Below, in pieces: positions 10,082 to 17,578 of a DNA stretch of 64,000 nt. Source of the DNA: Candidatus Kaiserbacteria bacterium (GTDB lineage Bacteria > Patescibacteriota > Minisyncoccia > Phycocordibacterales > UBA2100); assembly GCA_016186765.1 (NCBI GenBank), contig JACPLD010000001.1, forward strand, positions 42,560-106,559, given 5' to 3'. Numbering within the stretch: the first letter of the stretch is position 1; the number at the start of each line of letters is the position of its first letter. The notes beneath the pieces were generated by a model. It was not told where the DNA came from. It saw nothing but the letters and a program-made list of their open reading frames with translations, and made no database searches. Made by a program: the position numbers and the translations under genes.

Positions 10082-11053
10082 ATGGCGCGCACGATCGTCG
10101 GTGTGCTGCGGGGAGGCACGTCGAGCGAGTACCCACTTTCTCTGAAGACGGGAGCTGCGATCGTGGCTGCTCTCCCGCAAGAGCGGTATGAGACGCGCGA
10201 CATACTCATCGACAAGCGCGGAGTGTGGCACCTGCGTGGCATGCCGTCGACTCCCGCTCACGCGCTCAGGCAGGTGGACGTTGTACTGAACGCGCTTCAC
10301 GGTGGCATAGGCGAGGACGGCACTGTGCAGCGGATATTGGAGCGCGCGGGTGTTGCGTATGCCGGTTCGCGCGCTCTTCCTGCAGCCCTATCGCTCAATA
10401 AGATCCGTGCACGCGAAGTCTTTACGGCGGCATCGATCCCGATGCCCCGCGCTGTCGCCTTTAGCTTGCACAATCAGATGGACACGCGCGAGATGGCGGA
10501 TGCCGTTTTCTCTCTCTTTGGCCCGCCATACATCGTGAAGCCGCCCTCTGAGGGTTCGTCGCACGGCATACGGTACGTAGCAACAATAGGAGCTTTGCCT
10601 GATGTGGTGGGAGACGTGCTCGACGAGTACGGTTCCGCGCTCGTTGAGGAGTACGTGCTCGGCGAGCATGCAACTATCGGGCTTATCGAAAATTTTCGTA
10701 ACGAGCAGCTCTACGCTCTGCCGGGAGCGCACATCGATCTTTCGGAAGGAATGCGCTACTTCGATCCAAACCAGGGGGACGAACGAGCACAACATCGTGT
10801 CCCGAGCACCTTTGCGCATGAGGTGAAGCAACGAATTGCAGATGTCGCAAGAAAGGCTCACCAAGCGCTGTCCCTCGCACATTTTTCGGACGCAGACCTC
10901 GTCGTCACCCGCCATGGTGTTTACTTGCTCGAGGTTAATGCTTCTCCGACGCTCCACGAAGACGCTGTCTTCCCGAAAATGCTCGAAGCCGTGGGCTCGT
11001 CGCTTACTGAATTTCTAGAGCATGCAATAGTGCTCGCGCGGAGAGGAATTTAA
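10082..11053 (+). CDS. ddl: D-alanine--D-alanine ligase
   Basis: MARTIVGVLRGGTSSEY.. N-terminus and ATP-grasp body (PPYIVKPPSEGSSHGI, LEVNASPTL); ATG 10082 preferred over the TTG at 10043. Confidence 0.85.
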   Translation: MARTIVGVLRGGTSSEYPLSLKTGAAIVAALPQERYETRDILIDKRGVWHLRGMPSTPAHALRQVDVVLNALHGGIGEDGTVQRILERAGVAYAGSRALPAALSLNKIRAREVFTAASIPMPRAVAFSLHNQMDTREMADAVFSLFGPPYIVKPPSEGSSHGIRYVATIGALPDVVGDVLDEYGSALVEEYVLGEHATIGLIENFRNEQLYALPGAHIDLSEGMRYFDPNQGDERAQHRVPSTFAHEVKQRIADVARKAHQALSLAHFSDADLVVTRHGVYLLEVNASPTLHEDAVFPKMLEAVGSSLTEFLEHAIVLARRGI

Positions 11054-11116
11054 GTTGTCGCAGCGGGAATGGTTTTGCTGCTTTTGTCTTTCGCTGCTAC
11101 ATTGCTGTCGTGAGGG

Positions 11117-11189
11117 GGGCCGGTAGTTCAGTGGTAGAATGCCTCATTTGCAATGAGGATGTCGCGGGTCCGATTCCCGCCCGGTCCAC
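11117..11189 (+). tRNA. tRNA-Ala (anticodon TGC)
   Basis: Manual cloverleaf: acceptor GGGCCGG/CCGGTCC with the G3:U70 Ala identity pair; D-arm GTTCAGTGGTAGAAT; anticodon stem CCTCA/TGAGG with loop TTTGCAA; T-arm GCGGG-TCCGATT-CCCGC; discriminator A. The 3' end is CC then C, so CCA is not fully encoded. Confidence 0.8.
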
Positions 11190-12694
11190 CCGATTTGATT
11201 TGACGAAGAATGCAACCCGCGCGCGGCGGAGCCGCGCGCATGGAGTGGCATTTCCGCAAGGAAATGCCACGGCTTTCCGAATTCCCCCGCCAGAATTCCC
11301 GCCGCTATGCGGCGGTTCGAGCCTATGTCCATCAGAAAATCTTTCATCCCCGAAAGATTTTCTGCCTTAATGAGATTTTCGGCTTGGTTGGCCTCTAAAA
11401 TCCAATTACGCATGAGTTCGAGCCAATGATTGCCTTTGCGTTCAAAATCAGTCAATTTTTCCTCCAGAGTCTTCTTTTCCGACATCAGCGCGTTCTTGCG
11501 CTCCAAGTACTCGCCAAGTTCCAACGCCTCTGCGAGATACGCATCTGTGAGCCGCTCCAAACGCGCTGCAATGGCGGAAATATCATTTTTGAGATTTTGA
11601 ACGAAAAGCCCGGACGATTGGCGGGATTCCGTTTGCTCGCTTTCGAGGCGAGCAATATATTTGTCCCGCCATTCGTCAGGCAAAGAAACTTTTTGACACA
11701 TGGTTTGCACTTGTTTCGCCAATTCTTCTTCCCGCAAAAAGCGAGTTTGGGAACATTTTTGAGTGCGGCTCTTGAAGGTACAGTGGTAGTAGTGATACAC
11801 ACGACCACTCCGTTTAATCTTCCTTTCCGCCGTAATCGCATAGCCGCACTCACCGCACGTTGCAAAACCGAGAAATTGGAAGTTTTTTGGTCCTCGCTTT
11901 TTGCGGGGCTTTCCATTGGCGACAAGTGCTTCCTGTATCTTGTCAAAAAGTTTCTTTGTAATCATTGGCTTGTGCGATCCGGCATGCACCTCGCCCCGAT
12001 AGCGGAAATGGCCGTAGTAAAACGGATTGTCGAGTATGTGAGAAATCGAAGCGAGGGCGAGGGGCTTGCCGGTCTTGCCAACCAAACCGACAAAAAACAT
12101 TTTGCGCTGAATCCCAGTGAGCGTGAACTGCCCCGTAGCAAAAGCCCCTAAACACTCCTTTACTTTGCCAAAGGTTTTTCTATCAGGTTCAATCGTCCGA
12201 AGTCGCGGCTCGTTGAAATATCCGAGAGGGGCTTTTGCCGATAACTCACCACGGCGTATCTTTTGGCGAATACCGCGCAAAATGTTTTCTCGCAAATTGT
12301 CGGTGTAATATTTTGCTTGACCGAACGCCACAGACAACATGAATTTACCCTGTGGCGTCGGCTCAAACCAAAATGTAGGGAATTTTAGCGTGGTAATTTT
12401 GCCAGTGTCCACTAAATAAATCACTCTGCCGCCGTCTACGCTGTTGCGCGCCAATCTATCAGGGTTCCACGCTAAAATTCCCTGTGCGGTGCCTTTTTCA
12501 ATTTCGCCAAGCATTTCGTTAAATACTTCACGACCCGGCTCCTTGGCGGTTTTCGATTCGTAATATTCTTTTACCACGAACAGATTTTGTTGCTTGGCGA
12601 ATTCCCGAAGCTCCGTTAGCTGCGCCTCAATACTCAAAACTTGGCGTTCTTCGTCCTCGCTTGATTTACGGCAATAGATAAAATATTTTGTCAT
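11144..12694 (-). CDS. large serine recombinase (resolvase catalytic domain, recombinase domain, zinc ribbon, coiled coil); 3' end uncertain because the ORF reads through the 133-bp inverted repeat and antisense into tRNA-Ala
   Basis: MTKYFIYCRKSSEDEERQVLSIEAQ.. catalytic Ser region; Cys cluster CGECGYAITAE..YHYYHC; long coiled-coil tail. Start taken at MTKYFIY (12694). The last ~45 codons lie inside inverted-repeat copy A. Confidence 0.85.
   Translation of the reverse strand: MTKYFIYCRKSSEDEERQVLSIEAQLTELREFAKQQNLFVVKEYYESKTAKEPGREVFNEMLGEIEKGTAQGILAWNPDRLARNSVDGGRVIYLVDTGKITTLKFPTFWFEPTPQGKFMLSVAFGQAKYYTDNLRENILRGIRQKIRRGELSAKAPLGYFNEPRLRTIEPDRKTFGKVKECLGAFATGQFTLTGIQRKMFFVGLVGKTGKPLALASISHILDNPFYYGHFRYRGEVHAGSHKPMITKKLFDKIQEALVANGKPRKKRGPKNFQFLGFATCGECGYAITAERKIKRSGRVYHYYHCTFKSRTQKCSQTRFLREEELAKQVQTMCQKVSLPDEWRDKYIARLESEQTESRQSSGLFVQNLKNDISAIAARLERLTDAYLAEALELGEYLERKNALMSEKKTLEEKLTDFERKGNHWLELMRNWILEANQAENLIKAENLSGMKDFLMDIGSNRRIAAGILAGEFGKPWHFLAEMPLHARGSAARGLHSSSNQIGWTGRESDPRHPHCK
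11186..11318. repeat. inverted-repeat copy A (133 bp), a perfect reverse complement of 12856..12988; starts at the CCACC core that ends tRNA-Ala
   Basis: Base-by-base comparison: ccacccgatttgatttgacgaagaatgcaacccgcgcgcggcggagccgcgcgcatgg...ccgccgctatgcggcggttc equals the reverse complement of 12856..12988. Confidence 0.9.
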
Positions 12695-12855
12695 AGCTTC
12701 GGGTTGAAAAAGCACCGCACCTTACACCGACAATTTGCAATCTCATTATATATCAAATCTGATTCGCGTTTCGCCTTTTGCTCTTGGCGAAATGCGAAAC
12801 CGAAATGTATTTTGTCATCGGCTCATGCGCGAAGCGCGTCCCATGCTTGCATGGG

Positions 12856-12988
12856 GAACCGCCGCATAGCGGCGGGAATTCTGGCGGGGGAATTCGGAAA
12901 GCCGTGGCATTTCCTTGCGGAAATGCCACTCCATGCGCGCGGCTCCGCCGCGCGCGGGTTGCATTCTTCGTCAAATCAAATCGGGTGG
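12856..12988. repeat. inverted-repeat copy B (133 bp), perfect reverse complement of 11186..11318; flanks the recombinase gene on its 5' side
   Basis: See copy A; the translated ORFs on both strands (12704..13033+, 12753..12992-) reproduce the same peptide strings as at 11186..11318. Confidence 0.9.
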
Positions 12989-13124
12989 TCATTGTATCAA
13001 AAAGTCAGAACCCACTTCCAGCAGAACCCCTGATTTCGCACGCTCCGCGTGCGTGGTGGTTTGACCCAAAAAAAGTACGCTCCGATCGCCCAGAACCCCG
13101 CCACGCGCGGAGTACCGCGCGTCC
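12984..13124. repeat. inverted-repeat R' (141 bp including a 48-bp insert 13015..13062), reverse complement of 14592..14684; shares the GGTGG/CCACC core with copy B
   Basis: 12984..13014 equals the reverse complement of 14654..14684 (31/31), and 13063..13124 equals the reverse complement of 14592..14653 (62/62). The 48-bp insert carries the palindrome CGCACGC-TCC-GCGTGCG. Confidence 0.85.
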
Positions 13125-13229
13125 GGCGGCAAAGGCGAGGGGCGGCGTCCACTATTCACACCTGTAAATTGCATGAAGAACGTGGTATTGTATTGGTGTA
13201 TTTATTAAATTGTCCCCACCTTTTTATTT

Positions 13230-14246
13230 ATGCAAAATCAACGAGGATACGTCGGTGTCGGAGTTTTGATAGCGATAATTTTGGGTATTGTTGTCGTCGG
13301 TGGTGGCGCATATTACGTCGTGCAACAACAAGCACCGACGCAAACCGTCTCGGAAAATTTTGATGATGTGCAAACATTGCCGACACAAAATACCGCTTCA
13401 AATAATGTATCGAATCCGCAACCTGTTCCAAAAGAGAATCCTTCCAAATCTCCATCTATCCAAGTAGTAGGAGACCTGTCTTTCTCACCGCCCGCATGGA
13501 ATAAGGACGCACAAGGAGCGTTCGTATCGTCCGATTACAAACAGGCCAGCCCTCCTGCAAAATTCGAACTCGGCATGGATTACAATCCTATTGCTAGAGG
13601 CGCCCAAATTGTCGTCTCACACAATGTTACCGAGGTAGCCAGTAACATCGATACATCCGAAGCATACGCGAACTTTCAATTCGCGCTTCTGCAAGATTGC
13701 AGCAATTGCAGTGGTGCGAAAAAAATGTCTATCGACGGAGTTCCGGCGGTCTTTTCTCATACGTCGTTTCCGGATCATGGAGGGTCAACCAGCATCAGCG
13801 GGAGATTCAATCACAAGAACTTCTATATCGCGGTGGTCTACGCGGGTTCGTATGCGGACGTGCAAGCCACATTCGAGCAACTCGTACAGAGCGTCTCCTT
13901 TCGAGGTCCGCGCGATTCCGTCGCTGCAACCGTAAAGCCGTCTGCAACTATCGATTCTCTCGTAATCACTCCCACAAACCGGACTATAACGGGTACAGCG
14001 ACGGGAGTATCGATTGTAAATGTGGGGCTTTATTATAAGTCGTCAGCATCTCCGCTTGGTTGGAAAATGGTTAGCGCAGAGTATTCAGGGCATTCGGAAC
14101 CAGTCGTGAACGGGCGTTGGCAATTCACCGTCTATGGAAGCGATATGGAATTAGTCAATGGCACGACAATTCGCGTCGGAATTGATGAAGGCAATGGCCA
14201 GTTTACTGAACTTGCGTCAGGAACCGTAATCGCAAAGAGTCAGTAG
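13230..14246 (+). CDS. hypothetical membrane-anchored/secreted protein (N-terminal TM anchor, S/T/N/P/Q-rich linker, beta-rich C-terminal domain); cargo of the tRNA-Ala element
   Basis: MQNQRGYVGVGVLIAIILGIVVVGGGAYYVV hydrophobic anchor, then TQNTASNNVSNPQPVPKENPSKSPS linker. Looks lower in GC than the flanks. Bounded by the R'/R inverted repeats. No recognisable family. Confidence 0.55.
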   Translation: MQNQRGYVGVGVLIAIILGIVVVGGGAYYVVQQQAPTQTVSENFDDVQTLPTQNTASNNVSNPQPVPKENPSKSPSIQVVGDLSFSPPAWNKDAQGAFVSSDYKQASPPAKFELGMDYNPIARGAQIVVSHNVTEVASNIDTSEAYANFQFALLQDCSNCSGAKKMSIDGVPAVFSHTSFPDHGGSTSISGRFNHKNFYIAVVYAGSYADVQATFEQLVQSVSFRGPRDSVAATVKPSATIDSLVITPTNRTITGTATGVSIVNVGLYYKSSASPLGWKMVSAEYSGHSEPVVNGRWQFTVYGSDMELVNGTTIRVGIDEGNGQFTELASGTVIAKSQ

Positions 14247-14265
14247 GTGAGCTTTAGCGAGGGAG

Positions 14266-14317
14266 CAGCCCTAGCCGTTTTATAATCGTCCTCAAAATGG
14301 CTAGGGCTGTTTGTGTG
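14266..14317 (+). terminator. intrinsic terminator candidate downstream of the cargo ORF
   Basis: Perfect 11-bp stem CAGCCCTAGCC...GGCTAGGGCTG with a 22-nt loop, followed by TTTGTGTG; begins 20 nt after the stop. Confidence 0.5.
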
Positions 14318-14591
14318 CGCATTGGGCGGGTGGGGCAAGCACATACAGATTTTGCGCCTCGCCATTCCTCAAAAAAAGAATACATGGCGAGGCTCCACTC
14401 TGTATTCCTGATTCTGTGCAAACGGCTCATTTGGTGTATTTGAGCCGTTTGCTCCTTATTGCATTTGAATCCCGCCCGCTTCCTTTTCTTAAAAAAAGGA
14501 AGCGCCGCCCCCCGCCTTTGCCGCCCATTCCTTTTTTCAAATCCCCCCCGCAAAAAATCAGAATGGAGAGGAGCGGCAAGGCGAGAGGGCG

Positions 14592-14684
14592 GGACGCGCG
14601 GTACTCCGCGCGTGGCGGGGTTCTGGGCGATCGGAGCGTACTTTTTTTGGGTCTGGGTTCTGACTTTTTGATACAATGACCACC
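14592..14684. repeat. inverted-repeat R (93 bp), partner of 12984..13124; ends in the CCACC core (14680..14684)
   Basis: See R' entry. Confidence 0.85.
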
Positions 14685-14836
14685 GGAGGAAGCACATTGA
14701 TGTGCTTCCGGCGGGAATCGGACGCCGGAGCGATGTGAGGCCAGTTGGCCGAACAGCGAGGCGGTGCCCAGCCCGAGGCGAGTGGCGACGAGCCGAGAGG
14801 CGAGGGAGATTCCCGCCCGGTCCACATTAATGCCTT

Positions 14837-14854
14837 ATAGGGTCTTTGTTGACG
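14837..14854 (+). repeat. 18-bp direct repeat of the tRNA-Ala 3' end (GATTCCCGCCCGGTCCAC, identical to 11172..11189)
   Basis: Exact 18/18 match, read directly; the flanking bases diverge. Confidence 0.8.
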
Positions 14855-14922
14855 GCTTCTTTTGTACGTGTTACAGAGCTTGTAGGGTCTCAGTGGAGAC
14901 CTGTAACGAGAGGAGTTGAGCC

Positions 14923-15321
14923 ATGCTTAGATTCAAAGTGAAGCTGGCATTAGGATTTCTCCTACTCGCCGGCCTTGGAGGGTTTGGCTTGGAGGAGCTG
15001 CTTTTCGGCGGCGGACTGTATTTAGATCCTCAAACGAAAGCCTTGCTGCCCGAGTCGGTCGCTTCCTCGGTCGCATTCCAAGGAAGGCCGGTCGTCATCG
15101 TTCTTGTCAAGGACCTAAAGGGCAGCGACGAGGTGGCCCGAGAAGTCATCAGGGCACAAATTGAAAGCCTCGAATCTGTCGAGCGTGCGATGGCATTCGA
15201 CGACGGTAGGGGCTTCGAGGTTCGCTTTGACCCCACCTTGACGAATTCTAATGACCTCGCAGACGAGATCGACCGGATCGTCGGAAACGCTCGGAAGACC
15301 TATGCCTATGCCAAAAACTGA
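14923..15321 (+). CDS. hypothetical small exported protein (N-terminal hydrophobic signal)
   Basis: Strong RBS GAGAGGAG 6 nt upstream of the ATG; MLRFKVKLALGFLLLAGLGGFG.. signal-like N-terminus. Confidence 0.5.
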   Translation: MLRFKVKLALGFLLLAGLGGFGLEELLFGGGLYLDPQTKALLPESVASSVAFQGRPVVIVLVKDLKGSDEVAREVIRAQIESLESVERAMAFDDGRGFEVRFDPTLTNSNDLADEIDRIVGNARKTYAYAKN

Positions 15322-15344
15322 CACAGATCTCCTGACTTGCCGTG

Positions 15345-15386
15345 ACCGCCCGCTTCCCACGTTAGGGAGTGCGGGCGGTACTTTTG
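15345..15386 (+). terminator. intrinsic terminator candidate (ACCGCCCGC..GCGGGCGGT stem followed by ACTTTTGG)
   Basis: 9-bp GC stem with a 17-nt loop, 24 nt after the stop of the 14923..15321 gene. Confidence 0.5.
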
Positions 15387-15470
15387 GTGCTTCGTCCAAC
15401 CTTGAGCATTTTGCGAGATCGTTTTGCAATCTTATCGTAGGTGGCCGTGATGGTATCATGGGGGCGTAAA

Positions 15471-15490
15471 CCTGCCTGCCGGCAGGCAGG
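15471..15490. promoter_or_regulatory. perfect 20-bp palindrome CCTGCCTGCCGGCAGGCAGG, ~20 nt upstream of the next start codon
   Basis: Read directly; followed by GGTCGTTTATTA. Could act as a terminator or an operator. Confidence 0.35.
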
Positions 15491-15508
15491 GGTCGTTTAT
15501 TAGACCTT

Positions 15509-15775
15509 TTGAAAACACAAAATATGGCGGAAAAACAGATTGGAACTGTCACCCATTGGTACGACAAGATCGGTGTTGCGGTCGTCAAGCTCACGGGAAA
15601 GCTCGCAAAAGGGGCAGCGGTCAAGGTGAAGAAAGGCGAAGAGGAATTTGAGGACACGGTCTCCTCACTCCAGATCGATCACAAGGACGTCGCCTCGGCG
15701 AAGAAGGGAGACGATGCGGCCATCAAGCTCTCGCAGAAGGCAAAGGAGGGCGCGGGTGTCTATCTCGTTGAGTAA
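15509..15775 (+). CDS. hypothetical small lysine-rich protein (predicted beta-barrel)
   Basis: ORF with start MKTQNM/MAEKQIGTVTHWYDKIGVAVVKL..; no confident family assignment. Confidence 0.45.
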   Translation: MKTQNMAEKQIGTVTHWYDKIGVAVVKLTGKLAKGAAVKVKKGEEEFEDTVSSLQIDHKDVASAKKGDDAAIKLSQKAKEGAGVYLVE

Positions 15776-15820
15776 GATTTCGAATGCTGCATGAGCCTCC
15801 AGGGAGGCAGAATTTATCAT

Positions 15821-16975
15821 ATGAAATTTTTCGTTCCCGCGATCGTGCTTCTCGTCCTTGTCGCGGGAGTTCTTTTTTTGGGAGTCGGTAATGTAGTATC
15901 GCTCGATCCGTTTCGTGCGATATCTATGCCGCCTGCACCAGAAGCGAGTACGACACCTGAGTTCGTGCCCACTTCGGGAGAAGTGTCGCAACGGGTTGAA
16001 GTTACTTCGGATGATGGGAAGCCTGCAGCGAGCACAGAGATATGCATCCCTGCGGATAGCCAAAATTTCGAATGCTATGAGAAGCACTACATCTTGCTCG
16101 TGAAGGAGAAGGGAATTGCTGCGGCATTCAATGACCTAAAAGCGCGATACCCGAAGAATAGCTACATCGTCGCGCAGTGCCATCCGCTTACGCATGTCAT
16201 AGGCCGCGAATCCGCCCTAAAGTTCGAGAACGTGAGCGATGCCTATGCGGAAGGCGACAGTTTCTGCTGGTCGGGCTACTATCACGGTGTCTTGGAGACA
16301 TTCTTAAGCGAAGTGGGGAGAGAGAACCTTGTCGCAGAGATAAACAACATTTGTGCCGGCATCGAGGGCAAGAAACGATACAGCTTCGACTACTACAACT
16401 GTGTGCATGGGCTCGGGCATGGCCTGATGGCGATCACCGAAACGGAGCTCTTCCAGTCGCTCGACTACTGCGACCTCTTGAGGGGGGATTGGGAGCAAAG
16501 ATCCTGCGCAAGTGGTGTCTTTATGGAGAATGTCATCGTAGACAATCTCAATCACTTCACGAAATATTTGAAGCCTGAAGAGCCGCTCTATCCCTGTACC
16601 GCCTCTCCGGAGAAGCACAAAGAAACTTGCTATCTCATGCAGACCTCCTACATTCTCAAGATGAACAATGGTGATTTTGCGGATACCTTCGCGTGGTGTC
16701 GAAAGGTCGAAGGTGCATATCGCGCGACTTGTTTCCAGAGTTTGGGGCGCGATGCATCTGGCCGTACTTCGAGCGATGTTGCCGCGAGCAAGCGGCTCTG
16801 TCTTCTCGGTGCCGACCACTTCGAGCGCAGCAATTGCGTCGTCGGCGCTGTCAAAGATTTCATCTCGTACTTCCATTCAGACAGAGAAGCCGAACAATTT
16901 TGCGCGGCGCTTGAAGAGCCGGAACTGATAGAGATATGTCGCTCCACCAAAATCTCCTACTACGCGCAGTTCTAA
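15821..16975 (+). CDS. hypothetical membrane-anchored cysteine-rich protein
   Basis: MKFFVPAIVLLVLVAGVLFLGVG anchor followed by a large domain with many conserved-looking Cys and His (CHPLTH, HGLGHG). Confidence 0.5.
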   Translation: MKFFVPAIVLLVLVAGVLFLGVGNVVSLDPFRAISMPPAPEASTTPEFVPTSGEVSQRVEVTSDDGKPAASTEICIPADSQNFECYEKHYILLVKEKGIAAAFNDLKARYPKNSYIVAQCHPLTHVIGRESALKFENVSDAYAEGDSFCWSGYYHGVLETFLSEVGRENLVAEINNICAGIEGKKRYSFDYYNCVHGLGHGLMAITETELFQSLDYCDLLRGDWEQRSCASGVFMENVIVDNLNHFTKYLKPEEPLYPCTASPEKHKETCYLMQTSYILKMNNGDFADTFAWCRKVEGAYRATCFQSLGRDASGRTSSDVAASKRLCLLGADHFERSNCVVGAVKDFISYFHSDREAEQFCAALEEPELIEICRSTKISYYAQF

Positions 16976-17046
16976 GCTCGGCAGGCTAGACGCCTCGTAG
17001 AAACCCCTGTACCATTTATCTGTTGATTACTAAGTAACCATTTTCT

Positions 17047-17568
17047 ATGGAGGAGAACACCTCGGTGCAGGGCGTTTCGCGGGTAAAGAACATTAATCCG
17101 AACTTTGCGGCCATAAAAGTCCTGTTCGCGGACATCGGTGTTTCTACGGCTCTTGGATTTATCGTAGGACTTTTTTTGGGGGCTGCAAAATTTACTGCAG
17201 AGGATGTCGCAAACAATCCGTTCTTGCCGATCATCGGACTGCTCGTCTCCGTGTATCTTGCGTATGTGCTGTATAGAAGGTATTCAACCGAACTATCGGC
17301 TTTAATTACGCTGCTTGTTGCTGCGGCGGTCTGGGTGTTGCTCGGCGTGTACGTTTCGGCAACGAACACTGAAGGCTACAATTTTTTTAAGGAGCTCCTT
17401 TTTGCCGCAGCGCAAATTGTCGCATACGTCGTTGGCTGGTATCTCGCAAAGACCACCAGCATGAGTCTCTATATTCCCAAGGAAGGCTGGATAACTGGAG
17501 GCAGCATTCTTGGCGGCATTGTCGTGCTGCTAAGTCTCCTCGGGATGGTCGCGCTCGTCAGCGCGTAA
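17047..17568 (+). CDS. hypothetical integral membrane protein (4-5 predicted TM helices)
   Basis: Hydrophobic segments throughout; no family recognised. Confidence 0.5.
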   Translation: MEENTSVQGVSRVKNINPNFAAIKVLFADIGVSTALGFIVGLFLGAAKFTAEDVANNPFLPIIGLLVSVYLAYVLYRRYSTELSALITLLVAAAVWVLLGVYVSATNTEGYNFFKELLFAAAQIVAYVVGWYLAKTTSMSLYIPKEGWITGGSILGGIVVLLSLLGMVALVSA

Positions 17569-17578
17569 ATTCACGAGC

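Noticed and set aside
10388-10957. 189-aa minus-strand ORF inside ddl
   Set aside because: Antisense to a confidently identified gene; no recognisable protein features
11110-11370. 86-aa plus-strand ORF overlapping tRNA-Ala and inverted-repeat copy A
   Set aside because: It overlaps a well-formed tRNA and lies in a repeat; its peptide is just the reverse-strand reading of the recombinase tail region
12704-13033. Plus- and minus-strand ORFs (12704..13033 and 12753..12992) inside inverted-repeat copy B
   Set aside because: Their translations are duplicates of peptides encoded at 11186..11330. They are artefacts of the perfect inverted repeat, not independent genes
13230-13330. Type IV pilin / prepilin-peptidase signal at the cargo protein N-terminus
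   Set aside because: The hydrophobic segment is present but the G-(F/Y)-(S/T)-L-(I/L)-E motif is absent (sequence is RGYVGVGVL)
11117-14854. Possibility that the repeats form a CRISPR array
   Set aside because: The repeats are long (93-141 bp), inverted rather than direct, and only two copies each. There is no regular repeat-spacer periodicity anywhere in the window
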